Shown: in pieces, positions 1 through 8,814 of the stretch
Layout of the letters: every line of letters begins with the position of its first letter
Position numbering within the stretch: the first letter of the stretch is position 1
From: Candidatus Fermentibacteraceae bacterium
GTDB taxonomy: Bacteria; Fermentibacterota; Fermentibacteria; Fermentibacterales; JCC-6
NCBI GenBank assembly: GCA_041750285.1
Contig: JBGSZS010000007.1
Coordinates: 96,001 to 160,000 of the forward strand
Reading direction: 5' to 3'
DNA: 64,000 nt
Notes under the pieces: model-generated
The model's database searches: none
Told to the model about the DNA's origin: nothing
What the model saw: only the letters and a program-made list of their open reading frames with translations
Position numbers and translations under genes: made by a program

Positions 1-40
1 CAGAAAGCCTTCCTCGCCGTTTTGAAGAGGGGAGACTGAA

Positions 41-463
41 GTGAGGGTCCTTTTCCTCTGCGGCGCCAACTCCTGCCGCAGCCAGATGGCAGAGGGCTGG
101 GCAAGGCATCTGATCGAAGGTGAGCACGAGTTCCATTCCGCAGGGCTGAAGGCGACTGGTGTGAACCCTCTCGCCGTGAGGGCGATGATGGAAGCGGGAG
201 TGGACATCTCAAGCCACGAAAGCAAGACCATTGATGACCTGCGGGGCGAGTTCCACATCGTGGTGACGGTCTGCGACGCCGTGAAGGAGACTTGCCCCTA
301 CTTTCCCGCGACGGCAAGGAGTATCCACAAGGGTTTTCCCGACCCTCCCGCCATGGCCCGGGACCTTCCCGACGGGGATAGGATCATACCCTACCGGGAT
401 GTTTGCGCCATGATCAGGCTGTTCGTCGACACCGAACTCCGGGAGCTTCTGAAACCGCAATGA
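41..463 (+). CDS. arsC: Arsenate reductase, LMW-PTP/thioredoxin-coupled family
   Basis: VLFLCGANSCRSQMAEG P-loop (CX5R), VVTVCD...CP and DP motifs; RBS GAGGGG upstream of GTG. Confidence 0.85.
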   Translation: MRVLFLCGANSCRSQMAEGWARHLIEGEHEFHSAGLKATGVNPLAVRAMMEAGVDISSHESKTIDDLRGEFHIVVTVCDAVKETCPYFPATARSIHKGFPDPPAMARDLPDGDRIIPYRDVCAMIRLFVDTELRELLKPQ

Positions 464-834
464 CAGGGTTCGAGTCAGTAATCACCTTCTGCCGTACAAA
501 GGACATTGAGGAGACCCACCGTTTCTACAACGGGCTGCTTGAACTCCCGATGGTCCTCGACCAGGGCCGGTGCAGGATATACAGGGTATCTTCCGGCGGT
601 TTCATCGGTTTCTGCGAGGGAACAGAGCCCGACCCCGAAAACACGGTCATGATCACACTGGTCACCGATGACGTGGACGGGTGGTTCGCGAGGATCACAT
701 CGAAGGGTCACCCGGTGATCAAGGCGCCAGTCATGAACAGTGAGTTCAGGATATACCACTGCTTCGTGAAGGACCCTTCGGGCTACACCGTGGAGATCCA
801 GCGGTTCGAGGACCCCCGGTGGAAGAGGGAATAG
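460..834 (+). CDS. VOC/glyoxalase family protein
   Basis: ATG at 460 overlaps the arsC stop; FY..LL.L, ITLVTDDVD and FVKDPSGYTVEIQ motifs. Confidence 0.8.
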   Translation: MTGFESVITFCRTKDIEETHRFYNGLLELPMVLDQGRCRIYRVSSGGFIGFCEGTEPDPENTVMITLVTDDVDGWFARITSKGHPVIKAPVMNSEFRIYHCFVKDPSGYTVEIQRFEDPRWKRE

Positions 835-1880
835 GCCTTTACATCCACATCCCGTTCTGCCTTGCCAGATGCGGCTACTGCGCCTTCACAAGCTCGCCCG
901 GACTTCCCGGCCCTGAGTTCCGCGAAGGCGTTGAACGGGAGATCGGTCTTCTCTTACCCGGAAGGATCCGAACCCTTCACGCGGGAGGGGGAACGCCGAC
1001 GCTCATGGGAACGGCCTTCTGGCGGAACATGCTGAAGAGTCTCGACCTCTCACAATGCATCGAGACCGCCATCGAGACCAATCCAGCCGTTCTCGGGAAA
1101 GAGGGATACGCTGAACTGAGGGAGGCCGGCTTCGACCGCATAAGCATCGGAGTGCAGTCGTTCAGAGAAGACAATCTGAAGTGGCTCGGCAGAGTCCACA
1201 CATCCCGTCAGGCCGGTGAAGCCGTGGAATCGGCAAAGGCGGGCGGGTTCACCAACGTTTCGATCGATCTCATCTACGGTCTTCCCGGTCAGACCATGGA
1301 GAGCTGGCGGCATGATCTCGAAAGGGCTGTTCGGCTCGAACCTGATCACCTGAGCTGCTACGAGCTGACCCTGGAGCCCGGCACCAGGATCGGCGACGCG
1401 GGCAACAAGGCCGGTGATGCATTGTGCGCCGACATGTTCATGGAGACCCACGACATCCTGACCGGGGCAGGATTCCACCACTACGAGGTGTCCAATTATG
1501 CCCGCCCGGGAAGGGAATCGAGGCACAATCAGGCGTACTGGGAAAGAAGGCCATACCATGGCGCCGGCCCCTCGGCCCATGGTTTTACGGGAACGAAAAG
1601 ATACTGGAACACCCGGGACACTGTCCGGTACATAAACCTTCTGGCACAGGGCATCCTGCCGAGGGAGGGGGAGGAGGAGATCACTCAGGCCATGGCGGAG
1701 CGGGAGGAGGTTTTGCTTGGCCTCCGTACCTCCCGTGGTGTGAGGGCCGACATCCTTCCGGAGAGAACCGTCAACAGACTCATCGAAGCGGGACGCCTGC
1801 AAAGGAGCGGAACGATGGTTGCGCCCACCCCCGGGGGAATGCTCTGGGTGGACGGCATGGCGGACGAGCTTACCGTGTGA
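819..1880 (+). CDS. hemW: Radical SAM heme chaperone HemW (HemN-like)
   Basis: YIHIPFCLARCGYC (CxxxCxxC), GGGTPT, RISIGVQSF, YEVSNYA, HNQAYW. Confidence 0.85.
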   Translation: MEEGIGLYIHIPFCLARCGYCAFTSSPGLPGPEFREGVEREIGLLLPGRIRTLHAGGGTPTLMGTAFWRNMLKSLDLSQCIETAIETNPAVLGKEGYAELREAGFDRISIGVQSFREDNLKWLGRVHTSRQAGEAVESAKAGGFTNVSIDLIYGLPGQTMESWRHDLERAVRLEPDHLSCYELTLEPGTRIGDAGNKAGDALCADMFMETHDILTGAGFHHYEVSNYARPGRESRHNQAYWERRPYHGAGPSAHGFTGTKRYWNTRDTVRYINLLAQGILPREGEEEITQAMAEREEVLLGLRTSRGVRADILPERTVNRLIEAGRLQRSGTMVAPTPGGMLWVDGMADELTV

Positions 1881-2531
1881 TCATCCCCTGCCCGTGAACA
1901 TTCTTCTGATCCAGTGTCCGAGGGGAGCAATTATCGCTGCCAGGACCACTCCCGCCGCGCCGCCGGCCATCATCGAGCCTTCGTCCCATTTGTTCTGGTA
2001 ACCCAGGAGCAGGGCGAGAGCAACGGAAAAGACTCCGGTGAGAACGGCGAACAGAGTGAGGCACCCCTTCATGCTGAACCGGCTCCGGGCATCGGCCTCC
2101 CCGGGCGGCCGGACCAGCGACCCGTTGATTGAACCGACGTACTCCGTGATCCGGAAGGGTGTGCCGTCGTTGCTGTCGAAACGGGGCATTTTGCTGAACA
2201 GGATATTGAGAAGCCTCTCTCCCCGGACCTTCACCAGAAGGGTGCCAGTCAATGCATGGCTCATTGCGCCCTGCAGGTTGAGTTTCAAAAACCCCGGAGT
2301 CGAGGCGTCGCCCCTCGCGGCATGGATCAGTTCGATCTCCCCGAATGGAATCCTCCTGAGAAGCTTTGTTTTGTAGGTGATGGTTATGAACTCCAGGATG
2401 AGCGCTCCCGAACTGACCCCCACGAAAACGTTCCCGATACCCAGCATTCCCCAGCCGCAGTGTACAATGTCCTCCCCCGAAGCCTGCCTCAGACGTTCCG
2501 CAAGCTCAGGCCCGTTTTTGACAGCATCCAT
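1881..2531 (-). CDS. Hypothetical protein with two C-terminal transmembrane helices
   Basis: ORF with likely ATG at 2531 after a GGGG RBS; two hydrophobic segments near the C-terminus. Confidence 0.55.
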   Translation of the reverse strand: MDAVKNGPELAERLRQASGEDIVHCGWGMLGIGNVFVGVSSGALILEFITITYKTKLLRRIPFGEIELIHAARGDASTPGFLKLNLQGAMSHALTGTLLVKVRGERLLNILFSKMPRFDSNDGTPFRITEYVGSINGSLVRPPGEADARSRFSMKGCLTLFAVLTGVFSVALALLLGYQNKWDEGSMMAGGAAGVVLAAIIAPLGHWIRRMFTGRG

Positions 2532-2591
2532 TTCGCCCCCCTTTCCGGCGCACGATACAAAGGAACAGCCCCTGAGAAAACCCCGGCCCGT

Positions 2592-2620
2592 TTGACGCAA
2601 AGGAACCGTTTCGTCATAAT
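2592..2620 (+). promoter_or_regulatory. Sigma70-type promoter of tRNA-Arg
   Basis: TTGACG (2592-2597), 17-bp spacer, CATAAT (2615-2620), 15 bp upstream of the tRNA. Confidence 0.6.
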
Positions 2621-2635
2621 TGCACCCTGTCCGGT

Positions 2636-2712
<77 letters not shown>

Positions 2713-2719
2713 GATAGAG

Positions 2720-2752
2720 AAAAGGTCGTTGGGGAAAGCCCGACGACCTTTT
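2720..2752 (+). terminator. Intrinsic terminator after tRNA-Arg
   Basis: AAAAGGTCGTTGGG-GAAAG-CCCGACGACCTTTT hairpin with T tail. Confidence 0.7.
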
Positions 2753-2778
2753 GCATTTCCGGTCGTGTGATTGTTGTA

Positions 2779-2821
2779 TTGACAATTCCCAAAATGGGAA
2801 GAAATATTCCCAATATGGGAA
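2779..2821 (+). promoter_or_regulatory. TA-module promoter overlapped by two palindromic operator boxes
   Basis: TTGACA at 2779-2784; TTCCCAAAATGGGAA (2786-2800) and TTCCCAATATGGGAA (2807-2821). Confidence 0.65.
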
Positions 2822-2832
2822 GAGGCAATTGC

Positions 2833-3483
2833 ATGGAAACATTGAAGAACGAGAGTGGCCAGCCAGTCCCAATACATGGTGAACTGCCTTCACTGGGATT
2901 GGCAGAGGGGCTTTTTTCGAAAGTACAGATGAGGGTGCTCGCCCTTCTGTTCGGTCAGCCCGAAAGGGGTTTTCAAGGGGCGGAGTTGATAAGGCTGGCG
3001 GGTTCCGGGGTTGGTGCGGTGCATCGGGAACTGACCCGTCTTGTTTCGAGCGGCATCGTTTCTGTTCAGCCGCTTGGACGGCAGAAAATCTACAGCGCCA
3101 ATAGGGGATCACCGATTTTCCGGGAGCTTCATGGTCTCATAATGAAAACCGTTGGTCTTTTGCAGCCTCTGAGGGATGCGCTTGAACCATTCACTGACAA
3201 GATAAAGTACGCATTCATATACGGCTCAACTGCGAGAGGCGATGACACTGCGGCGAGTGATGTGGACGTGATGATCATCGGCGATGAGCTGGCCTATCCC
3301 GAAGTGCTTGCCGCACTGCTTCCGGTTGAGCAGGCCATCGGGAGGACAGTGAGTGTAAACCTGTTGAACAGTGATGAATTTGGAAGACGCCTTCAGAGTC
3401 GCGATTCCTTCTTAGCAAGGGTAATGTCACGGGAGAAGCTCACGCTTCTGGGGTCTCATGATGGAATCGAAACAGCTCGATAA
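2833..3483 (+). CDS. wHTH + minimal nucleotidyltransferase (MNT) antitoxin
   Basis: N-terminal winged HTH (ELIRLAGSGVGAVHRELTRL) and YGSTARG...SDVDVMI Pol-beta NTase motif; ATG at 2833 after GAGG. Confidence 0.8.
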   Translation: METLKNESGQPVPIHGELPSLGLAEGLFSKVQMRVLALLFGQPERGFQGAELIRLAGSGVGAVHRELTRLVSSGIVSVQPLGRQKIYSANRGSPIFRELHGLIMKTVGLLQPLRDALEPFTDKIKYAFIYGSTARGDDTAASDVDVMIIGDELAYPEVLAALLPVEQAIGRTVSVNLLNSDEFGRRLQSRDSFLARVMSREKLTLLGSHDGIETAR

Positions 3484-3880
3484 CCTTGTGCGAACCGGAA
3501 GCCTGAAGCGTGAGCCGGTGGTCCGGGCCGAATACGACGGTCTTGTGGTTTCGGGCAGGAAAAGGCTCACCGACGCCGGGAACGAGTCCCTGGCTTTTGA
3601 GAGCCGATTCGATCTCGCGTACAACGGAGCGTTTTCTCTTGCCCTCGCAGCGCTCCGGTGGCATGGCTTCCGTCCTGAGAACAGGTATGTGGTTTTTCAG
3701 ATGATCCCATTCACCCTGAACCTTGGGCCAGAGGTCTGGAGAACCCTTGCCGAGTGCCACAGGCGGAGGAACTCGGCTGAATATGAAGGCTTCCTGGTGA
3801 TTGACTGGCAGCTTCTGAACGACCTGATCGTGGCAGCGGGAAAAGTGATGACAGCTGTGGAGGCTCTGCCAGGCGGTTAG
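3458..3880 (+). CDS. HEPN/SAV_6107-like toxin partner
   Basis: Overlaps the MNT gene; RFDLAYNG...ALR and HRRRNSAEY (R-x4-Y-type HEPN motif). Confidence 0.7.
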   Translation: MMESKQLDNLVRTGSLKREPVVRAEYDGLVVSGRKRLTDAGNESLAFESRFDLAYNGAFSLALAALRWHGFRPENRYVVFQMIPFTLNLGPEVWRTLAECHRRRNSAEYEGFLVIDWQLLNDLIVAAGKVMTAVEALPGG

Positions 3881-3924
3881 AAAACATCCCATAGACTTGT
3901 TGATGTTCACATACTGTCCATCAC

Positions 3925-3972
3925 GGGGCACCGGATGGAGACAAGGCCGCCGGAATCAGACCGGCTGCCTTT
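3925..3972 (+). repeat. Degenerate direct repeat of the tRNA-Arg 3' end plus terminator (attR-like scar)
   Basis: Ungapped 34/48 identity to 2704-2751, starting with an exact GGGGCACC; hairpin kept by compensatory changes. Confidence 0.6.
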
Positions 3973-4150
3973 CCCGATCGATGTCAGAATGACTTTCCAG
4001 CCTTGATTTTGGCTGTGATTTCTCTGCGGCAGGCGTTCCTGTTCAATTCTGGCAATGGTGTTTTGCAGTACTGGCTTTTCGGGCATTGCGGAATCCGAAG
4101 GCGCACGATATATCAACCCATGGTTCCAGTCGGGAAACGGGAGGTGTTTA

Positions 4151-5155
4151 ATGAAAATTGCTTTGCTTCTTCTTGTTGTCGCTTCGGTGGGGGTAGCCAC
4201 CGCAGCGGAGAGAGTGGTCCTTTTCGAAGAGTACACCCAGACCGGTTGAGGCTCGTGCGGAAGCAGCTGGTCAGCTGTCAAGGCTCTTGTCAACTCCTAC
4301 ATCACCACCGGTCAGATCGCACCGCAGATCCTTTTCGCAAACGGACCCGGCGCCAGTGCGTACGTGACTGCCCGTGACGCACTCTACGGGTGGAACGCCA
4401 CCCCGACCTTCCAGATCAACGGTTCGGCCCAGCAGCTGGGATGGAATCAGGGAGCCGTTCAGAATCACATCAATACCCAGCTTGCCCTGCCCTGTTACGT
4501 TGACATCGAGACGAACATCGTCGGGGATGCTTCGGGCGGAACCGCCTATTACACCGTAACAGTAGAGCAGGATCCCGGTCCCCTCGGGGAGATCAAGATA
4601 TGGTCAGCCATCGTTGAGAGCCACGAGATTGCGAGTTCCTCCTACGGTGTATACAACGGGCAGGAGCTGATGTGGGAACCCAGGGCATGGCCCATGGGGG
4701 CCACCGGAACGTTCATCGATGTTACAGGACCCTACCCTCGAACAATCGATGTTTCGGGCACATACACACTCAACCCCGCGCTTCACACCTTCGACAACCT
4801 TGAAGTGGTGACCTACGTCCAGGCCAACACCGGAACTCACGCGGTGCTCAATGCCTCTTTCGTGGACCTTCCGGACACCGCCACGGGCATGGAGGACTTC
4901 GAGGGTGCCGCTCTCGGTTCGCTTTCCATTAATGCATGGCCAAACCCATCAACCGGCAGCCTGAGCGTTGGAACCCTTCTTCCGGAAGGCACTGCGGGCC
5001 AGGTCAGCATTTACAACACAGCAGGCCGGGTTGTTGCCCGGTTCGAGGCGGGAGGAGTGAAACCGGTAACGATCGACGAGTCCGGTGTCTATTTCGCCCG
5101 TCTTGAAGCAGCGGGCAGCGATGCGGTGCTGACACGGTTCACCGTAGTCAGATAG
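4151..5155 (+). CDS. Secreted Omp28-like thioredoxin-fold protein with C-terminal sorting domain; probable selenoprotein (UxxC, TGA at 4247-4249)
   Basis: ORF-track pieces 4055-4249 and 4364-5155 share a frame and are separated by only one TGA: signal peptide, then ERVVLFEEYTQTG-U-GSC; RBS GGAGG before ATG 4151; C-terminal AWPNPS...SGVYFARL. Confidence 0.8.
4263..4278 (+). promoter_or_regulatory. Candidate bacterial SECIS hairpin
   Basis: Stem GCAGCT/AGCTGT with G-starting loop GGTC; loop begins 19 nt after the TGA. Confidence 0.5.
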
Positions 5156-5164
5156 TGCACTGTT

Positions 5165-5845
5165 TTACGGGCCGGTGACCCTCAGGTTGCCGGCCCTTTT
5201 TCCAAGTGCAACGATGATCGGGGGGACCCCACATGCTTTTGCGTGGACCTCACTGACACCGGTTTCACGGATGAGTTCGGCCACGCGGGGTGCCCTTACT
5301 CCCCCTCCCGCAATTATCTGCAGTCCGCCGCAGGCCGCGCCGACAAGGCTCTTCAAAGTGGAACGGCCCTCCCAGGCGGTTCCAGGGCCCCCGGATGTCA
5401 GTATCCTTGCAACCCCCGCTTCCTGAAGGGCGCGCATTCCCCCGACATGGTCAGCGATAAGGTCGAATGCCCGGTGAAAGGTGACGGGGAGACCATTCGC
5501 CGCTTTCATCAATTCCTCCATGGCCGTGTGATCAATGCGATTCCGGTGGTCAAGCACACCCATGACGAAGCCGTTCGCGCCGGCACATGCCAGTTGTTCC
5601 ATGGCCTTCTTCATCCTGCCCACCTGTGCCTTTGAAGCCGTGAATGGGCCTGCACGCTCCCTCACCATGGCGAACACCGGGATCGTGACGCATGACAGAA
5701 CCTGCTTGAGCAGATCGGTCGAAGGAGTGAGCCCGCCTGTTTCAAGCGCACTGCACAGCTCGATGCGGTCAGCTCCTGCGTTGGATGCCCCGAGGGCTTC
5801 GGTGAGTGTAGTTGCGCAAGCCTCGACGATGATGCCTCCCGTCAC
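5165..5845 (-). CDS. cutC: Copper homeostasis protein CutC
   Basis: IVEACA, GADRIELCSALETGGLTPS, VTFHRAFD, RILTSGG; GTG start at 5845 overlaps the upstream stop. Confidence 0.9.
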   Translation of the reverse strand: MTGGIIVEACATTLTEALGASNAGADRIELCSALETGGLTPSTDLLKQVLSCVTIPVFAMVRERAGPFTASKAQVGRMKKAMEQLACAGANGFVMGVLDHRNRIDHTAMEELMKAANGLPVTFHRAFDLIADHVGGMRALQEAGVARILTSGGPGTAWEGRSTLKSLVGAACGGLQIIAGGGVRAPRVAELIRETGVSEVHAKACGVPPIIVALGKRAGNLRVTGP

Positions 5846-6807
5846 GGCTTCCTTCCCGTGATGCAGTAGAAGCTGCATGCACCGCCGCAAGTGCTTATGG
5901 TTCCATCTTCCAGCTGTTCCTTCATGACCTCAAGCCGTTCACGGGCATGCCTGCGGCTCATTGCCGTGAACTTCCTCCACACTTGTTCAGTCCCTCCCCC
6001 GGCAAAGAAGAGCCTTCTGAACTCCCTGTTCATGTTGAACCTTTTACCTGCGTGTTTCTCAGTGTCTGCAATGTGTCTGCGGAGCTGTTCCAGCCCGAAG
6101 ACCATGGAAGGTGTGTCGTAGGGGGGCTGCAGCAGCCCGACCATGTCGTTGGCCCTGATTCCGATATCCTTCAGACCGAGCTTCTGCATCATGCCGGGCA
6201 CCCGGTTGCCTATGGAGTAGTCGCCCAGTCCGAGCCTTTTCCTGCCCTCCGTCCAATGGTGGTGAACCCTGACAAGCAGGAGGTCATCGTCTATCGATGG
6301 TTCGTGGAAGGATTGGTAGCGTCTTGCGCGCATTGCCGTCACGTTGTCGGGTTCAAAGCAGGTCACTATCCCGCCTGACCTTGTGACCCTTGTCATCTCC
6401 GCCAGGAAGGCGTCGGGTGAAGGCGAATGCATCAGCAGGGTCTGGCAGACCGTGAAGTCGAAGGTGCCGTCAGGGAAGGGAAGCGCATTGGCATCACCCT
6501 GGACGAATGCCGATGTTCCGTTACGGACCCACTCGGGACTGTGCCTCGCTGCCTCCCGAAGCAGCTGAAGTGAGTTGTCCAGCCCGGTGTAGGAGCCTTT
6601 CCTGCCGAAGTGCTTCCAGAAGGTACGGCCCACATAGCCAAGCCCACAGCCCACGTCCAGTGTGTTCATCCCCTGCGCGAGCCCCATCCAGGCAGCAAGT
6701 TTGGCAACAGTGTCGTCGTGCCAGAGGAAGCGCCTCTGGTCGACCATGACCTCCTGCCTTGTCTTTTTTTCAGCCCAGTCCGGCGGTTTTGCGGTCTTCA
6801 TTCCCAA
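5842..6807 (-). CDS. Class I SAM-dependent methyltransferase
   Basis: LDVGCGLG, GDANALPFPDGTFD, EMTRVTRSGG. Confidence 0.8.
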   Translation of the reverse strand: MGMKTAKPPDWAEKKTRQEVMVDQRRFLWHDDTVAKLAAWMGLAQGMNTLDVGCGLGYVGRTFWKHFGRKGSYTGLDNSLQLLREAARHSPEWVRNGTSAFVQGDANALPFPDGTFDFTVCQTLLMHSPSPDAFLAEMTRVTRSGGIVTCFEPDNVTAMRARRYQSFHEPSIDDDLLLVRVHHHWTEGRKRLGLGDYSIGNRVPGMMQKLGLKDIGIRANDMVGLLQPPYDTPSMVFGLEQLRRHIADTEKHAGKRFNMNREFRRLFFAGGGTEQVWRKFTAMSRRHARERLEVMKEQLEDGTISTCGGACSFYCITGRKP

Positions 6808-6829
6808 AATGCTGCTCCGTCATTTTTTG

Positions 6830-7201
6830 TCAGGGTGCAGCCCAGCTTGCCACTCCGTCCCTGATGCAACCGTGATTCGGGTCGGACGAAAGCGGGCAGG
6901 TGATGCTGAAACCGTTCTGGTCGCCCTGGTAGATGTAGAGGGATTGGCACTGGGGGCATTTCAGGCTGCCCAGGATTGTATGGAAATCATAGAGGTTTTC
7001 GGGGTAGGTGCCGTGAATGGCGTAGTGGATCACACATTGCGAAGCGATGGCGATCATGTTCTTATGGCATGTATCGGTGAAGTCGGGGTCGTTGCCGCCC
7101 TGAAGCCCTTCGGGGAGGGCGGGGGCTGTCACGCCATCGCTGGTGCATGACGGGAACAGAGCTGCCATCAGTAGAACACAGTACAGCAAGCATCTGCGCA
7201 T
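6830..7201 (-). CDS. Lipoprotein with pilin/pseudopilin-like globular segment
   Basis: ATG 7201 after GGAGGG; lipobox-like LFPSC; CHKNMIAIA...Y...GTYP..L..LKCP pattern. Confidence 0.55.
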   Translation of the reverse strand: MRRCLLYCVLLMAALFPSCTSDGVTAPALPEGLQGGNDPDFTDTCHKNMIAIASQCVIHYAIHGTYPENLYDFHTILGSLKCPQCQSLYIYQGDQNGFSITCPLSSDPNHGCIRDGVASWAAP

Positions 7202-7276
7202 GGCGCCCTCCGTGTTTTTTATTGAAGTTTGAATACCACCCGATGCCATCCATGTCAAGGTGGAGGCGGTAAAATC

Positions 7277-8068
7277 CTACTTGCCGCTTTCCGTTCCCCA
7301 GCGTGCCCTGACCGAACGTTCAAGCACCGAGAAACCCAGCTTGTCGGTTGTGAGGCCCAGGAAAACGATGACGAGGATGACTGCCACCACCTGGTTCATG
7401 TCGTTGAGTTCCCTGCCCATGGTGAGCATGTAGCCAAGGCCGGGGAGGGTGTAGATCAGTTCTCCGGCCATGAGCGAGCGCCAGGCGAACGACCAGCCCA
7501 GTTTCATGCCGGTCACCATTGTCGGCATTGCCGAGGGCAGGATGACCGTCCTGTAAAGCCTGGCTCCCCGTGATCCCAGGTTCCTTGCGGCCTGGATGTA
7601 GACCCTGGGCGTGTTGCGAATGCCGTCTTCCGCCGCCTGGGCGATCGAGAGGAAGGCTCCCATCACGACAACGAAGAGGATGGCCTTTTCGGAAAGACCG
7701 AACCACAGGATGGAAAGGGGGAGCCAGCAGATGCTGGGAAGGGTCTGCAGCCCCAGCACCAGCAGCCCGAACGTGTTCTTGAACAGCTTCACGTGGGCCA
7801 TGGCAAAACCCGTGATCACTCCCGTGCCCAGGGCGATCATGTAGCCCGTCGCGAGCCGTCGTATGCTCCCCCATACCGCTATGGGGAGGGTTCCCCTTTC
7901 GATGCCAGAGGCTATCGATGAGATGACTCCGGGCAGTGTTGGAAAGATGTACGAGGGCCATATCTCAAGCACTCCGAGCAGGTACCAGACCGCAATCAGC
8001 CCCGTGAGGAAAAAGGTTCTCTGAACGGGCACGGGAAGGGCCTTGAGCCTTTCGTAGAACCGCCTCAT
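7277..8068 (-). CDS. NitT/TauT/SsuC-type ABC permease
   Basis: Six hydrophobic segments; QAARNLGS EAA loop; AWRSLMAGEL. Confidence 0.85.
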   Translation of the reverse strand: MRRFYERLKALPVPVQRTFFLTGLIAVWYLLGVLEIWPSYIFPTLPGVISSIASGIERGTLPIAVWGSIRRLATGYMIALGTGVITGFAMAHVKLFKNTFGLLVLGLQTLPSICWLPLSILWFGLSEKAILFVVVMGAFLSIAQAAEDGIRNTPRVYIQAARNLGSRGARLYRTVILPSAMPTMVTGMKLGWSFAWRSLMAGELIYTLPGLGYMLTMGRELNDMNQVVAVILVIVFLGLTTDKLGFSVLERSVRARWGTESGK

Positions 8069-8814
8069 CAGCCCCTCTTTTCCATTGAGGCCAGAACCTC
8101 TTGTGAGATGGGCACGATGTCGGGATGATCCATGCGCCGGGGCCTTGGAAGGCCAATCGTGTGCTCCGCCAGTATCCTGCCGGGAGAGGGCGACATAACG
8201 AGGATCCTGTCTCCCAGAAGCACGGCCTCGCGAACGTTGTGGGTCACGAACACGACGGTTTTGGAAGCCTTCAGCCAGAGACCCTGGAGCTCCTCATGAA
8301 GAAGGTCGCGGGTTATGGCGTCAAGGGCGCCGAACGGCTCGTCCAGAAGGAGCACTGCGGGGTCGACCGCCAGGGCCCTGGCCAGTGCAACGCGCTGTTT
8401 CATGCCGCCGGAGAGCTCGTGTATCCAGGAGTGGGCGAACCTTTCCAGATGCACCATCTCCAGAAGCTCCGAGACCTTTTTCTCCCGGGCTTCCCGGGGC
8501 TGTTTCATTACTTTCAGGCCGAATTCCACATTGCCCTGCACGTTGAGCCACGGGAAGAGGGCCGCGTCCTGGAATATCAGCACACGGCTTGGGTCGGGTC
8601 CGGTAACGACCGCTCCGTCAGCCAGCACCTTTCCGGTGGTGGGTCTGTCCAACCCCGCCAGCAGATGCAGGATCGTCGTCTTTCCGCAACCCGAGGGTCC
8701 CACAAGGCAGACGAATTCACCGCTCCTGATGCTCAGACTGACGTCATCAAGAGCCCTCACCATCCTCCCGGGCCTTACGTAATCGCGACTGACGCCCCGA
8801 AGTTCAAGGTCCAA
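8068..8814 (-). CDS. NitT/TauT/SsuB-type ABC ATPase
   Basis: GPSGCGKT, LSGGMKQR, LLLDEPF, VTH; TTG start at 8814 after GGAGG. Confidence 0.9.
   Translation of the reverse strand: MDLELRGVSRDYVRPGRMVRALDDVSLSIRSGEFVCLVGPSGCGKTTILHLLAGLDRPTTGKVLADGAVVTGPDPSRVLIFQDAALFPWLNVQGNVEFGLKVMKQPREAREKKVSELLEMVHLERFAHSWIHELSGGMKQRVALARALAVDPAVLLLDEPFGALDAITRDLLHEELQGLWLKASKTVVFVTHNVREAVLLGDRILVMSPSPGRILAEHTIGLPRPRRMDHPDIVPISQEVLASMEKRG

Noticed and set aside
1..39. Possible 3' end of an upstream gene (QKAFLAVLKRGD*)
   Set aside because: Too short to identify.
4247..4249. Genome-wide TGA reassignment (Trp/Gly) as the explanation of the in-frame TGA
   Set aside because: Many conserved genes here end at TGA at the expected length (arsC, hemW, mpg, thyX).
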